Source: Alphaproteobacteria bacterium (lineage in GTDB: Bacteria; Pseudomonadota; Alphaproteobacteria; GCA-2746255). Taken from it: 64,000 nucleotides of DNA. Shown here piece after piece: positions 33,520 to 44,493 of the stretch. The stretch covers positions 1,344,001 through 1,408,000 of the forward strand of contig OZ252220.1 of assembly GCA_965249135.1 (NCBI GenBank), written 5' to 3'. Position 1 is the first letter of the stretch. Every line of letters starts with the position of its first letter. The position numbers were made by a program, and so were the translations under genes. The notes under the pieces were generated by a model. It made no database searches. It had not been told where the DNA came from and worked only from the letters and a program-made list of their open reading frames with translations.

Positions 33520-34080
33520 ATGAGAGGACGGAAGAAATCCCAGGTTTCTGCGCCTTCGATGTCGGAGCGGCTCGGGGTGCGGGGCTGCGACCAGGAGGAC
33601 TGCCTAGCGGACGGGCTGTATCCGGCGCCGCGTTCCCGGGAGAGTCTCAATCACTATTACTGGTTCTGTCTCGACCATGTGCGCGCCTACAACCGGGCCT
33701 GGAATTACTATGCCGGCATGACGGAACGGGAAGTCGAAAGCCTGGTCCGTTCGGACACCGTCTGGCAGCGCCCATCCTGGCCCTTGGGAAGCCGGCTTGC
33801 CTACCGTTTCACGAAGGGAGGCGGAATCGACGACCATTTCGGTTTCTTCGGGACGGAAGGAAGGACCGAACGCACGTCCCGGCCCGGTCCGGAGACGGAA
33901 GAGGAAAAGGCCTTCCGGGTGCTGGAGCTGACGCCGCCTGCGACGGTGGAAAAGATCAAGGCGTGCTACAAATCCCTTGTAAAACGCCATCACCCAGATA
34001 CTCATGGAGGCGACAAAACGAGCGAGGATCGGCTGAAGGAAATCAATCTCGCCTATCAGATGTTGATGAACGCGCAATAG
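33520..34080 (+). CDS. DnaJ-domain protein
   Basis: C...[17 protein letters not shown]-terminus, C-terminal J-domain with HPD. Confidence 0.88.
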   Translation: MRGRKKSQVSAPSMSERLGVRGCDQEDCLADGLYPAPRSRESLNHYYWFCLDHVRAYNRAWNYYAGMTEREVESLVRSDTVWQRPSWPLGSRLAYRFTKGGGIDDHFGFFGTEGRTERTSRPGPETEEEKAFRVLELTPPATVEKIKACYKSLVKRHHPDTHGGDKTSEDRLKEINLAYQMLMNAQ

Positions 34081-34124
34081 TTCGTGAAGCGAACGCAGTG
34101 TTACCGAGTGAAGGAGCGCCCAAT

Positions 34125-35132
34125 TTGACGGCATCGACGGATGTGTCCAACGCATCACTGACTCATTCCTCCCGGGTACCGGACATCCAGGTCTCGGTGC
34201 GGCAGATCTTCGGCCTCGATACGGACATGGAGGTTCCGGCCTTCAGTACGCCGGAAGAGCACGTGCCGGAAATTGACGAGGCCTACCGCTTCGATTCGGA
34301 TACGACCCTTGCCATTCTCGCCGGCTTCGCCTTCAACCGCCGGGTGATGATCCAGGGCTACCACGGCACCGGCAAGTCGACGCATATCGAACAGGTGGCG
34401 GCGCGTCTCAACTGGCCCTGCGTCCGGGTTAACCTCGATAGCCACGTCAGCCGCATCGATCTGATCGGCAAGGACGCCATCGTCATCCGCGATGGCAAGC
34501 AGATAACGGAATTCCGCGAAGGCATGCTGCCGTGGGCCCTGCAGAATCCGATCGCCCTTGTCTTCGATGAGTACGACGCCGGCCGCCCGGACGTCATGTT
34601 CGTCATTCAACGGGTCCTCGAGGTCGAGGGAAAGATGACGCTGCTGGACCAGAGCAAGGTCATTCATCCGCATCCCGCCTTCCGGTTGTTCTCGACGACG
34701 AACACCGTCGGGCTTGGCGATACGACCGGCCTCTATCACGGCACCCAGCAGATCAATCAGGGCCAGATGGACCGCTGGAACATCGTGGCGACGCTGAACT
34801 ACCTGGCGCCCGAGGCCGAGGAAGAGATCGTGCTGGCGAAGGTCCCAGCTTACGACAACGAAGCGGGCCGCAAGCAGGTCAAGGCCATGGTCTCCGTGGC
34901 GAATCTGACCCGCGCCGGTTTCGTCAACGGCGACATTTCGACGGTCATGTCGCCCCGGACCGTGATTACCTGGGCCGAAAACGCAAAAATTTTCGGTGAC
35001 CTCGCCTTCGCCTTCGAGGTCACGTTCGTCAACAAGTGCGACGAGCTCGAACGCGTCAACGTTGCCGAATACTACCAGCGTTGCTTCGGCGAGGAGCTGA
35101 AAAGGGGACCGCAGGGACCGACCCTCAACTAA
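34125..35132 (+). CDS. cobS: Cobaltochelatase subunit CobS (AAA+)
   Basis: [39 protein letters not shown]; TTG start after AAGGAG. Confidence 0.93.
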   Translation: MTASTDVSNASLTHSSRVPDIQVSVRQIFGLDTDMEVPAFSTPEEHVPEIDEAYRFDSDTTLAILAGFAFNRRVMIQGYHGTGKSTHIEQVAARLNWPCVRVNLDSHVSRIDLIGKDAIVIRDGKQITEFREGMLPWALQNPIALVFDEYDAGRPDVMFVIQRVLEVEGKMTLLDQSKVIHPHPAFRLFSTTNTVGLGDTTGLYHGTQQINQGQMDRWNIVATLNYLAPEAEEEIVLAKVPAYDNEAGRKQVKAMVSVANLTRAGFVNGDISTVMSPRTVITWAENAKIFGDLAFAFEVTFVNKCDELERVNVAEYYQRCFGEELKRGPQGPTLN

Positions 35133-35138
35133 TTCCTT

Positions 35139-37055
35139 ATGAACGACGAGCTTAATCTGGTTGAAATCTTCCGCCGTGCCGTCGGAGCGGCGATGCGGGC
35201 GATTTCCGAAAAGGACGAGATTACCGTCCAGTTCACGTCGGGCCCCTCGGCGATGGAGGGGAACACGGCGCGCCTGCCCCTGCCGTCCCGGGATCTGCGC
35301 CCGTGGGAAGTCGCCAAGATCCGCGGCCAGTCGGATGCGCTCGCGCTCAAGCTTCGCCACCACAACGAAAAGGTCCATCGCCGCCTGGCGCCGCAGCTGG
35401 GCGAGGCGCGCACCGTCTTCGATGCCCTCGAACAGGCCCGCATCGAGGCGCTGGGCGCTAACCGGATGAGGGGCGTCGCACGGAATCTGGCCGCCGCGTT
35501 AGAGGACTACTGCCTGAGCCGCGGCTTCCCCGGTATCGAAAGGCGCGAACAAGCCCCCTTGGCCGACGCCGTGCGCTTCCTGGCCCGCGAGCATTTCACC
35601 GGCGAGCCGACCCCGGAATCCGGCCAGAAGATGGTGGATTTCTGGCGTTCGACGATCGAGTCGAAGGCCGGCGCGGACCTCATGGGACTTTCGAAATACC
35701 TCTACAACCAAGCGGTTTTCGCCAAGAAGTCGCGCCGCATTCTTAGCGATCTTGGCCTCATCGATGAGCCGGGCGAGGAAGAAGACGAAGGCTACGGCGA
35801 GGAAGAGCAAGCGAACCGGCTCGTCGAGCAATCCCTTGCCGAGCCCGACGAGGAAAGCGAGATGCAGGAGGATTTCCGCCATGTCTTAAGCGAACAGGAC
35901 GAAGGCGACGGCGAGGGTGCGAGCGAGGAGGCAATGGGCGATGCCATCGACGAGGAATCCGAGAGCGACATGCGCCTCGGCGACGCGGACGACACGGTCG
36001 GCGAACCGGGCCGGCCGAAGCCGCCGAAGGATGGCGCGCATCCGGACGCGCTGCCCTACCGTCCCTATACGGCGGAATTCGACGAAACGGTGGCCGCCGA
36101 CAGCTTGTGCGATCCGGACGAGAAGGCGCATCTCCGCGGCCAGCTCGACCAGAAGCTCGCCCAATTGAAGGACGGCGTGACGACGCAGCTCGCCAACCGC
36201 CTGCAGCGGCTTTTGCAGGCAAAACAGACCCGTTCCTGGGAATTCGATCTGGAGGAAGGGATCCTCGATTCGTCACGGCTGGCCCGGATGATCGTCAACC
36301 CGACCTACGCGATTTCCTTCAAGCAGGAAACGGAGGCGCCATTCCGCGACACGATCGTCTCGTTGCTCATCGACAATTCCGGTTCGATGCGCGGCCGTCC
36401 CATTACCGTCGCCGCGATGAGCGCCGAGGTGCTTTCCCGTACGCTCGAGCGCTGCGGCGTGAAGACGGAGGTTTTAGGGTTTACCACCCGCGCCTGGAAG
36501 GGCGGCAAATCCCGCGAGAAGTGGATCGCCGAGAACAGTCCGGCGAACCCGGGACGGCTCAACGATCTCTTGCACATCATCTACAAATCCGCCGAGGAGC
36601 CGTGGCGCCGCGCACGCAACAATTTCGGGATCATGCTGAAGGAGGGGCTGCTGAAGGAGAACATCGATGGCGAGGGGCTTCTCTGGGCCCATCAGCGCCT
36701 GCTGGCCCGGCCCGAGCAGCGCCGCATCCTGATGGTGATCTCGGACGGCGCGCCGGTCGACGACTCGACGCTGACCCACAACTCCGGCAACTGCCTGGAA
36801 CGGCACTTACGAGAGGCCATCGATTGGATCGAGATGCGATCGGACGTGCAATTGCTTGCCATCGGGATCGCCCATGACGTCACCCGCTATTACCGGCGCG
36901 CCGTGACGATCTTCGATGCCGCCCAGCTCGGCGGAACGATGGTGGAGAAACTGGCCGAACTCTTCGAGGACGTGCCCAACTACCGCCCGGTTCGCCGGCG
37001 CGCTTTACGCGCGCGCTTGGGCGAGCGGATGCGCGAGCGCCGGTTGCGGCTTTAA
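35139..37055 (+). CDS. cobT: Cobaltochelatase subunit CobT (VWA)
   Basis: Acidic linker, [37 protein letters not shown]. Confidence 0.93.
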   Translation: MNDELNLVEIFRRAVGAAMRAISEKDEITVQFTSGPSAMEGNTARLPLPSRDLRPWEVAKIRGQSDALALKLRHHNEKVHRRLAPQLGEARTVFDALEQARIEALGANRMRGVARNLAAALEDYCLSRGFPGIERREQAPLADAVRFLAREHFTGEPTPESGQKMVDFWRSTIESKAGADLMGLSKYLYNQAVFAKKSRRILSDLGLIDEPGEEEDEGYGEEEQANRLVEQSLAEPDEESEMQEDFRHVLSEQDEGDGEGASEEAMGDAIDEESESDMRLGDADDTVGEPGRPKPPKDGAHPDALPYRPYTAEFDETVAADSLCDPDEKAHLRGQLDQKLAQLKDGVTTQLANRLQRLLQAKQTRSWEFDLEEGILDSSRLARMIVNPTYAISFKQETEAPFRDTIVSLLIDNSGSMRGRPITVAAMSAEVLSRTLERCGVKTEVLGFTTRAWKGGKSREKWIAENSPANPGRLNDLLHIIYKSAEEPWRRARNNFGIMLKEGLLKENIDGEGLLWAHQRLLARPEQRRILMVISDGAPVDDSTLTHNSGNCLERHLREAIDWIEMRSDVQLLAIGIAHDVTRYYRRAVTIFDAAQLGGTMVEKLAELFEDVPNYRPVRRRALRARLGERMRERRLRL

Positions 37056-37061
37056 TCGATT

Positions 37062-37090
37062 TTCTTAAAAGACAGAGCCCCGCGAGGGGC
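37062..37090 (-). terminator. Putative intrinsic terminator after rpmB
   Basis: GCCCC-GCGA-GGGGC hairpin (37077-37090) followed on minus strand by TCTGTCTTTT. Confidence 0.45.
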
Positions 37091-37100
37091 GTTCCCGCAC

Positions 37101-37400
37101 CTAGCCGGCGGGGCCGGCGGGCGCTTGCGCCTTCTTGACCTGACGCTTGAGGCGGCGCACTTGCGGAGCAAGCTCCCCATCCGCCGTCTTCAGCAGATAG
37201 GCATCGAGGCCGCCCGAGTGTTCGATCGTGCGGATCGCACTAGCCGAGAGCTTGAGCCGGACCGACCTTCCCAAGGCCTCGCTTAGGATCGAAGCCATCT
37301 GGACGTTCGGCAGAAAGCGCCGGCGGGTCCGATTGTTCGCCTTGCTCACATTGTTGCCGCTCTGCGGCCGCTTGCCGGTGACGGTGCAACGTCGTGCCAT
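37101..37400 (-). CDS. rpmB: 50S ribosomal protein L28
   Basis: MARRCTVTGK....GNNVSKANNRTRRRFLPN. Confidence 0.96.
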   Translation of the reverse strand: MARRCTVTGKRPQSGNNVSKANNRTRRRFLPNVQMASILSEALGRSVRLKLSASAIRTIEHSGGLDAYLLKTADGELAPQVRRLKRQVKKAQAPAGPAG

Positions 37401-37503
37401 GGGATTTCCCTAACGATCAAAGGCCCTTCAAGGACCGAGCGTTCTATAGGGGATGGGGGGCCCGGCCGTCAAGGTCATAGCTCAGGCGGCCCTCGTTTTG
37501 GGC

Positions 37504-39654
37504 TTAAGCCGCCTTGCGCAATTGGCGGACCAGCTTTAGGACCTCCTCGGCGGCGGCCAGGATGCTGGTGCCGGGGCCGAAGATCGCGCCGACGCCGGCC
37601 TTGCGGAGAAAGTCGTGATCCTTCTCCGGGACGACGCCGCCTACGACGACGAGGATCTCCCGGTTGCCGAGGCTTCTCAATTGTTCGATCAGCATCGGCA
37701 CGAGGGTCTTATGGCCGGCGGCCTGGGAGGAAACGCCGACGACGTGGACGTCGTTTTCGACGGCGATGCGGGCCGCCTCGTCGGGCGTCAGGAACATCGG
37801 CCCGATGTCGACCTCGAAGCCGAGATCGGCGAAGCCGGTCGCAATCACCTTCGCGCCGCGGTCGTGGCCGTCCTGCCCCATCTTCGCAACCAGCATGCGC
37901 GGGCGTCTTCCACCTTCGGCCGCGAATTTCTCGACCTCGGCGCGGACCTTCATGAAATCCGCTTCGCCCTGATAGGCCGCGCCATAGACGCCGGTGACGC
38001 TTCGCGTGGCAGCCTGATGCCGGGAGAAGACCTTCTCAAGTGATAAGGAAATCTCGCCGACGGTGGCGCGCGCACGTACCGCCTCGATGGCAAGCGTGAG
38101 CAGATTTGCATTCCCCGCCGCACCTTCTTCGAGGGCTTGAAGGGCGGCCTTGCACGCAGTCGCGTCCCGGGTTTTACGAATCTTCTCAAGGCGGGCTATC
38201 TGGTGGGCGCGCACGGTTGTGTTGTCGATGTCGAGGATATCGAAACTTTCTTCCGCCCCATCCGGCGTATACCGGTTGACGCCGACGATCGCCTCCTCGC
38301 CGCGGTCGATCCGTGCCTGGCGGCGGGTCGCGGCCTCTTCGATCGCAAGCTTCGGCATGCCGGCGACGACCGCCTTCGTCATGCCGCCCAGCGCTTCGAC
38401 CTCGTCGATGAGTTGGGTCGCGGCGGTGGCGACGCTAGCCGTCAGGCTTTCGACGTAGTAGCTGCCGCCCAAGGGATCGACGACATGGGGAATGCCGGTC
38501 TCTTCGGCCAGAATGAGTTGGGTGTTGCGGGCGATGCGGGCGGAAAAGGGGGTCGGAAGCGCGATCGCCTCGTCCAGCGCGTTCGTGTGCAGCGATTGCG
38601 TGCCGCCGAGGACTGCGGCCATCGCTTCGATCGTCGTGCGAATCACATTGTTGTAAGGATCCTGTTCCGTGAGGCTGACGCCGGAGGTCTGGCAGTGGGT
38701 GCGCAACGCCAGGCTCATCGGATTCTTCGGATTGAACTCGCCCATGAGCTTGGCCCACAGCTGGCGGCCGGCGCGCATCTTCGCGATTTCCATGAAAAAG
38801 TTCATGCCGATCCCCCAGAAGAAGGAAAGGCGCGGCGCGAAATCGTCGATGTCCAGCCCCTTCGAAAGGGCGGCGCGCACATATTCGAGGCCGTCCGCCA
38901 GCGTGAAGGCGAGTTCTTGGACCGCCGTCGCACCCGCCTCCAGCATGTGGTAGCCGGAGATCGAGATCGAATTGAATCGCGGCATGTGCAGGGCCGTGTA
39001 TTCGATGACGTCCGCCACGATCCGCATGCTCGGTTCCGGCGGATAGATATAGGTGTTGCGGACCATGAACTCTTTCAGGATGTCGTTCTGAATGGTCCCG
39101 GAAAGGTCTGCCTGCTTCACGCCCTGTTCCTCGGCGGCGACGATATAGCCGGCGAGCACGGGAAGGACGGCACCGTTCATCGTCATCGATACGCTCATCT
39201 TGTCGAGCGGAATGCCGTCGAAGAGACGCTTCATGTCTTCGACCGAATCGATCGCCACGCCCGCCTTGCCGACGTCGCCTACGACGCGTGGATGGTCCGA
39301 GTCGTAGCCGCGGTGGGTGGCGAGATCGAAGGCGACGGAAAGCCCCATCTGGCCGGCCGCCAGATTCTTACGGTAGAAGGCGTTCGATTCCTCGGCGGTC
39401 GAAAAGCCGGCATACTGGCGGATCGTCCACGGCCGGTTCGCGTACATCGTCGCCCGCGGTCCGCGCACATAGGGAGGAAAGCCCGGCAGCGAGTCGAGAT
39501 GCTCGATCGCAGCCAAGTCGTCCGCCGTATAGAGCGCCTTGACCGCGATCCCCTCCGGGGTCATCCAGGTCAAGGCTTCCTTGGGCTTGCCTTTCCGTTC
39601 CTTCTCGGCAAGCTTCTCCCACTCGCCAAGCGCCTTCTTGGGGGGTTTCGCCAT
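37504..39654 (-). CDS. scpA: Methylmalonyl-CoA mutase (B12-dependent)
   Basis: [43 protein letters not shown]12 motif. Confidence 0.95.
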   Translation of the reverse strand: MAKPPKKALGEWEKLAEKERKGKPKEALTWMTPEGIAVKALYTADDLAAIEHLDSLPGFPPYVRGPRATMYANRPWTIRQYAGFSTAEESNAFYRKNLAAGQMGLSVAFDLATHRGYDSDHPRVVGDVGKAGVAIDSVEDMKRLFDGIPLDKMSVSMTMNGAVLPVLAGYIVAAEEQGVKQADLSGTIQNDILKEFMVRNTYIYPPEPSMRIVADVIEYTALHMPRFNSISISGYHMLEAGATAVQELAFTLADGLEYVRAALSKGLDIDDFAPRLSFFWGIGMNFFMEIAKMRAGRQLWAKLMGEFNPKNPMSLALRTHCQTSGVSLTEQDPYNNVIRTTIEAMAAVLGGTQSLHTNALDEAIALPTPFSARIARNTQLILAEETGIPHVVDPLGGSYYVESLTASVATAATQLIDEVEALGGMTKAVVAGMPKLAIEEAATRRQARIDRGEEAIVGVNRYTPDGAEESFDILDIDNTTVRAHQIARLEKIRKTRDATACKAALQALEEGAAGNANLLTLAIEAVRARATVGEISLSLEKVFSRHQAATRSVTGVYGAAYQGEADFMKVRAEVEKFAAEGGRRPRMLVAKMGQDGHDRGAKVIATGFADLGFEVDIGPMFLTPDEAARIAVENDVHVVGVSSQAAGHKTLVPMLIEQLRSLGNREILVVVGGVVPEKDHDFLRKAGVGAIFGPGTSILAAAEEVLKLVRQLRKAA

Positions 39655-39692
39655 CACCCAAATCTCTTCGTCTCAACAGCAGAACCAGTCTA

Positions 39693-39760
39693 CGCCGGGC
39701 GGGGACGGCGGGCTAGAGGGGGCGCCGGGCGGGGACGGCGGGCTAGAGGGGGCGCCGGGC
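39693..39760. repeat. Perfect 30-bp tandem duplication (2 copies + 8 bp) spanning the recR stop
   Basis: CGCCGGGCGGGGACGGCGGGCTAGAGGGGG at 39693-39722 and 39723-39752, then CGCCGGGC. Confidence 0.9.
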
Positions 39761-40336
39761 CTTCAGCGCCGTTTGCAGCGTGCCGTCGTCGAGGTAATCC
39801 AGCTCGCCCCCCACCGGCACACCATGGGCAAGACGCGAGACGGTGACCCGGCGACCCTTTAGCCGGTCGCACACATAGTGGGCGGTGGTCTGGCCATCGA
39901 CGGTCGCGTTCATCGCCAGGATCACTTCGTTCAGCTCCGGTGCTGCGGCGCGCTCGACAAGCGCGGCGATCTTTAAGTCCTCCGGGCCGACACCATCAAG
40001 CGCCGACAGCACGCCGCCCAGCACGTGGTAGAGGCCTCGAAAGACCTGGGCCCGCTCGAGCGCCCAAAGATCGGCGACGTCTTCGACGACGCAGAGAATG
40101 GAACGGTCGCGTTTCGGGCCTGTGCAAATGCCGCACGGATCGGCAAGGTCGAGATTGCCGCAAATCGAGCATTCGCAAACCTTCTCCGATGCATCCTCGA
40201 GCGCCTGCATGAGGGGCTCTAAAAGCTTCTCACGGTGGCGCAGCAGATCGAGCGCGACCCGGCGTGCCGAACGCGGGCCTAGACCGGGCAATCGCCCCAA
40301 CAACTTGACGAGGTGATCGATTGCGGACCCGGGCAT
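39743..40336 (-). CDS. recR: Recombination mediator RecR
   Basis: [11 protein letters not shown] HhH, C4 zinc finger, [27 protein letters not shown]. Confidence 0.96.
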   Translation of the reverse strand: MPGSAIDHLVKLLGRLPGLGPRSARRVALDLLRHREKLLEPLMQALEDASEKVCECSICGNLDLADPCGICTGPKRDRSILCVVEDVADLWALERAQVFRGLYHVLGGVLSALDGVGPEDLKIAALVERAAAPELNEVILAMNATVDGQTTAHYVCDRLKGRRVTVSRLAHGVPVGGELDYLDDGTLQTALKARRPL

Positions 40337-40345
40337 CCCAGACAA

Positions 40346-40669
40346 TCAGAACGGAAGGTTCATACCCGGCGGCAATTCAAGGCCGCCGGCGATTTCGGAC
40401 ATGCGTTTTGAGATTTCGGCTTCTGCCTTCGCCTTGCCGTCGTTGGCGGCGGCAACCAGCAGGTCTTCGAGGATCTCGGCTTCTTCCGGCTTCATGAGCG
40501 AGGGATCGATCTTCACCCGACGCAGCGCTCCCTTCAGGTTCATCGTGATCGTCACCATGCCGCCGCCCGCGTAACCTTCGACCTCGACCGTTTCGAATTC
40601 TTTTTGCGCCGCCTCCATTTTCGCCTGCATTTCCTGGGCGGTTTTCATCATCTTGCTGAGGTTCGTCAT
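40346..40669 (-). CDS. ybaB: YbaB/EbfC nucleoid-associated protein
   Basis: MMKTAQEMQ, AGGGMV, LEDLLVAA.ND, between dnaX and recR. Confidence 0.93.
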   Translation of the reverse strand: MTNLSKMMKTAQEMQAKMEAAQKEFETVEVEGYAGGGMVTITMNLKGALRRVKIDPSLMKPEEAEILEDLLVAAANDGKAKAEAEISKRMSEIAGGLELPPGMNLPF

Positions 40670-42423
40670 GCCGGGTCGTCCTCGTTTCCTTCCGGCGATG
40701 GCGCGGCATCAGAAACGCCTTCCTTCACCGGGTGGATGGCTTCGATCGTCGCCCTCGGAAAGGCCGCCTTCACGGCGCGGACAAGCGGGTGTTTTAGCGC
40801 TTCTTCGCGTTTGTGTTGCTCTTGCGCGTCGGCCTGTTCGCGCAAGGTGGGCGCGCCTTCCTTGTTGGAGACGCTTAGGATCCATCGCTCACCGGTCCAT
40901 TCCGAAAGCAGCTCAGCCAGACGATTGGCGAGATTCGTCGGCGCATGGGCGCCGGCATTGAACTCGATTCGTCCGGGCTCGAAATGCACGAGGCGCACAT
41001 TGTTCACGAGGTGGGCATGGAGGAGCGGCTCGCGGCGGTCCTGGAAAAGCTGGACGGCATCCAGGAAACTCATCGGCATCGGATGGGCGCTAGCAGCCCT
41101 TGGCGCCGGTTCCGGTTCGGTGGCGAGCTGGGTGGCAAGCCGGCCGCCCGCTTCCGTCGAAGGGGCGGTGCTCCGCGTCGTCGCCGGCGCGCGCTCGCGG
41201 GTCCGCGTTGCGGGCGCGCTGGGGTTGCGGGCGGGTGCGGCCTCGCTTACGCCTTTCTCGGTCAGCGTCTTCACCAGGGCGGCCGGGTCCGGCAGGTCGG
41301 AGGCATAGGCGAGCCGGATCAGGATCATCTCCGCCGCCTGCAGGGGCGAGGCCGCTAGCCTTGCCTCCTCGACGCCCTTCAGCAGCATCTGCCAGACGCG
41401 CGCCAGCTCAGGCAAGGTGAGCTTTGCTGCCATCGCCGCGCCGCGGGTGCGTTCCGCCTCCGGCACCCCGAAGCTTTCCGCCGTTTTCGGCACGACCTTG
41501 ATGCGGGTCAACCAGTGGGTCAGCTCCAGCAGATCCTGGAGCAGGACGAGCGGATCGGCGCCGGCGGCATAGGCCTGGTCCAATTCGTCGAGCGCACCGG
41601 CGATGTCGCCTGCCATCACCGCATCGAAGATGTCGAAGATCCGAAGACGCTCGGCAAGGCCCAGCATCTCGCGCACCATCTCGGCCGTCACTTCTTCCTT
41701 GCCGAAGACGATCGCCTGATCGAGCAGCGAAAGCCCGTCGCGCACGGAGCCGTCCGCGGCGCGGGCAATCAACTGCAGGGCCTGCTCCTCGACCTTCATA
41801 CTTTCTTTTTCCGCAATCGCCGCGAAGTGTTCCGTCAGGCGTTCCGCGTCCACCCGGCGAAGATCGAATCGCTGACAACGGGAGAGCACCGTGACTGGAA
41901 CCTTTCGGGTCTCCGTCGTCGCGAAGATAAACGTCACATGGGGCGGCGGTTCCTCCAGCGTTTTCAGAAGCGCATTGAAGGCCTGCGTCGACAGCATGTG
42001 CACTTCGTCGATGATGTAGACCTTCGTGCGCGCCATGACCGGGCGGTAGCGCACGCTATCCAGAAGCTCACGGATGTTTTCGACGCCGGTGCGGGAGGCT
42101 GCGTCCATCTCCAGGACGTCGACATGGTTGCCCTCGACGATGGCCTGGCAATGCTCGCATTGGCCGCAAGGCGTTTCCGTCACGCCGCCCTTGCCGTCGG
42201 GGCCGATGCAGTTCAAGGCGCGGGCAAGGATGCGGGCGGTCGTCGTCTTGCCCACCCCGCGCACCCCGGTCAGCACGAAGGCATGGGCCAGACGCCCGCA
42301 CCGGATGGCGTTGGTGAGCGTCTTCACCATCGTTTCCTGACCGATCAGGCCTTCGAACGATTCGGGCCGGTATTTCCGGGCAAGGACGCGATAAGAAGAA
42401 GGTGTGGCGTTTGGATCCGACAT
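40666..42423 (-). CDS. dnaX: DNA polymerase III subunits gamma/tau
   Basis: YRVLARKYRP, GVRGVGKTT, IDEVHMLS, SRC; ATG at 42423. Confidence 0.97.
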   Translation of the reverse strand: MSDPNATPSSYRVLARKYRPESFEGLIGQETMVKTLTNAIRCGRLAHAFVLTGVRGVGKTTTARILARALNCIGPDGKGGVTETPCGQCEHCQAIVEGNHVDVLEMDAASRTGVENIRELLDSVRYRPVMARTKVYIIDEVHMLSTQAFNALLKTLEEPPPHVTFIFATTETRKVPVTVLSRCQRFDLRRVDAERLTEHFAAIAEKESMKVEEQALQLIARAADGSVRDGLSLLDQAIVFGKEEVTAEMVREMLGLAERLRIFDIFDAVMAGDIAGALDELDQAYAAGADPLVLLQDLLELTHWLTRIKVVPKTAESFGVPEAERTRGAAMAAKLTLPELARVWQMLLKGVEEARLAASPLQAAEMILIRLAYASDLPDPAALVKTLTEKGVSEAAPARNPSAPATRTRERAPATTRSTAPSTEAGGRLATQLATEPEPAPRAASAHPMPMSFLDAVQLFQDRREPLLHAHLVNNVRLVHFEPGRIEFNAGAHAPTNLANRLAELLSEWTGERWILSVSNKEGAPTLREQADAQEQHKREEALKHPLVRAVKAAFPRATIEAIHPVKEGVSDAAPSPEGNEDDPA

Positions 42424-42456
42424 CGACGCAAAGAAAAGAAAAGTGAAAAATTCGGG

Positions 42457-42556
42457 TGGGAGACCGGACAAACGACCCGGACCAAAACTCGTTACGGCTG
42501 CTTCCTTCCGGACCTGACCGGGTTGGCGAGCGGTCCGTCCGCCAGCCGACCTCCCA
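42457..42556 (-). ncRNA. ffs: Signal recognition particle RNA (4.5S)
   Basis: Minus strand contains CAGGTCCGGAAGGAAGCAGC domain IV motif; ends GGGAG...CTCCC pair; directly upstream of dnaX. Confidence 0.93.
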
Positions 42557-42677
42557 GCCGCACTATATCAGCTTTCCGGCCCTTCCACCCCTCTCCTTCC
42601 AGCCTTCGCACCCTGGCGAAGCGGATTTGGAAGACCTTGGGTTTACAAGATGTTTTTCCGTGTGCGAGGTTCGCCGA

Positions 42678-43589
42678 ATGACGGGTCCAAACCTCTACGC
42701 CGGAAGTGCGATCGATCGCGCCGCCCACCGGAGGCGCGACAAGGACTGGATCGAAGCGCAATTCCTGCGTGAGGACTCGCGCATCCTGCCGGTGTGGCGA
42801 AACGAAAGCCTGATCCACCTGGCGGAACCGCCGGCCGCCGGCCTCGTTTCGCACAAAACGGTTTTGGCGAGGATGGAGAAGGAGACGGTCGCAGCCTTTC
42901 TCGGTCTTTTCGAAGCCGTGCCTTACTTTGCCGTCGACGTCTCCCATCTCGACGATCCGGCCGGGTTTGCGGCGGCGGCCGATGCGCGTTTTGCGGACCT
43001 TCGGGAGCTTGGCCCCCTGCTCGGGCATGCGGAAGCCGGTCTTCTCGCCTATGCCAGGGGCCTCGTTTACTGGCACCGACGCCACGGTTACTGCGGTGCT
43101 TGCGGCAGCCGGACAGAAAGCGCGGAGGCCGGCCACATGCGCCGTTGTCTGGATGGGACTTGCGGGGCGGAGCATTTCCCGCGGACGGACCCGGCCGTCA
43201 TCACGCTGGTGACGAAGGGGGATACCTGCCTGCTCGGCCGCCAGGCGAGCTGGCCGAAGGGCATGTATTTGACGCTTGCCGGTTTCGTGGAGCCGGGCGA
43301 GAGCCTGGAGGACGCCGTCGCCCGCGAGGTCCTCGAGGAAACCGGCGTTCAAGTCTTTCGCATCCGCTACGTCTCCTCGCAGCCCTGGCCGTTTCCAGCC
43401 TCGCTGATGATCGGTTTCCGGGCGGAAGCGGAAGAAGGATCGGCCATCGCGCCGCGCATCGACGAACTCGAAGACGTGCAATGGTTTACGCGCGCCGAAC
43501 TCAAGGATCGAAAACGGATTAACGTTCGCCTTCCCTATCGGGGTGCGATCGCGCGCGGCATGATCGAGGGCTGGATCAAAGAAGTTTAA
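42678..43589 (+). CDS. nudC: NAD(+)/NADH diphosphatase
   Basis: CxxCG zinc ribbon, FPRTDPAVI, Nudix box GFVEPGESLEDAVAREVLEETG, SQPWPFPAS. Confidence 0.94.
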   Translation: MTGPNLYAGSAIDRAAHRRRDKDWIEAQFLREDSRILPVWRNESLIHLAEPPAAGLVSHKTVLARMEKETVAAFLGLFEAVPYFAVDVSHLDDPAGFAAAADARFADLRELGPLLGHAEAGLLAYARGLVYWHRRHGYCGACGSRTESAEAGHMRRCLDGTCGAEHFPRTDPAVITLVTKGDTCLLGRQASWPKGMYLTLAGFVEPGESLEDAVAREVLEETGVQVFRIRYVSSQPWPFPASLMIGFRAEAEEGSAIAPRIDELEDVQWFTRAELKDRKRINVRLPYRGAIARGMIEGWIKEV

Positions 43590-43593
43590 GCGT

Positions 43594-44454
43594 TCAGTTC
43601 TCGGAACGAAACGGATCCGCCGGATAGACGCCGAGGAGCTTCACCTCGCGTGAAATAAACCCAAGCTCTTCGAAGGCAAGCTGTACGTTTTTCTGTTCCG
43701 GGTGGCCCTCGATTTCCGCATAGAACTGGGTCGAGGTGAACGTGCCGTCGACCATGTAGCTCTCGAGTTTCGACATGTTCACCCCGTTCGTCGCAAAGCC
43801 ACCGAGCGCCTTGTAAAGCGCCGCCGGCACGTTGCGGACGGAAAAGATGAAGCTGGTGATGACGGTGCCCTGGCCAGGGTCCGGGTTCGCCGGCTCCTTC
43901 GCCAGAAGGACGAAGCGGGTCGTGTTGTGTTCGGCGTCTTCGAGATCGCGCCTCAGCACGTCGAGCCCGTAAATTTCCGCCGCCAACTCGGAAGCGATCG
44001 CCGCAGCACTTGCATCGCCCGCTTTCGCCACCTCTGCCGCCGCTGCCGCCGTGTCCGCGGTCACGATCGGAGTGAGCCCAAGTAAGCGGATCATTCCCCG
44101 ACATTGGGAAAGCGCCTGCACGTGGCTATAGACGCGTTTCAATCCGGAAAGCGTGGCACCTTTTGGCGCCAGCAGGCAGTGACGCACCCGCTGGAAGTAT
44201 TCGCCGACGATGTGAAGCGTCGAGTGGGGAAAGAGCAGGTGAATGTCCGCGACCCGGCCGACCAGCGAATTCTCGATCGGCAGCATGGCGAATCTTGCCT
44301 TTCCTTCCTCGACCGCGGCGAAGGCGTCTTCGAAGGAGGGGCAGGCAAGCGGCGCCATCTCCGGATGCGCCGTCCGGCAGGCCACATCCGAATAGGCCCC
44401 TTCGGCGCCTTGAAAGGCGATCGTCTTCGATGGGTCGGTGGTGGGTTCGCTCAT
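43594..44454 (-). CDS. pheA: Prephenate dehydratase
   Basis: FQGAEGAYS, PIENS, SHVQAL.QC, NTTRF, ACT domain. Confidence 0.94.
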   Translation of the reverse strand: MSEPTTDPSKTIAFQGAEGAYSDVACRTAHPEMAPLACPSFEDAFAAVEEGKARFAMLPIENSLVGRVADIHLLFPHSTLHIVGEYFQRVRHCLLAPKGATLSGLKRVYSHVQALSQCRGMIRLLGLTPIVTADTAAAAAEVAKAGDASAAAIASELAAEIYGLDVLRRDLEDAEHNTTRFVLLAKEPANPDPGQGTVITSFIFSVRNVPAALYKALGGFATNGVNMSKLESYMVDGTFTSTQFYAEIEGHPEQKNVQLAFEELGFISREVKLLGVYPADPFRSEN

Positions 44455-44493
44455 CCTCGGCCCCGGCCTTAATAAGGTTCGAACGTCGGCAGG

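Noticed and set aside
39693-39760. Repeat as a CRISPR array
   Set aside because: Copies are head-to-tail with no spacers and there are no cas genes.
38137-39846. Long antisense/alternate ORFs (also 2001-3302, 5787-7241, 14265-15980, 24888-26039, 34155-35378, 46780-47934)
   Set aside because: They are shadows of well-supported genes on the other strand, expected in high-GC DNA, and have no recognisable motifs.
40666-42423. Programmed frameshift in dnaX
   Set aside because: No E. coli-type A AAA AAG slippery site or poly-A run noticed at the expected position.
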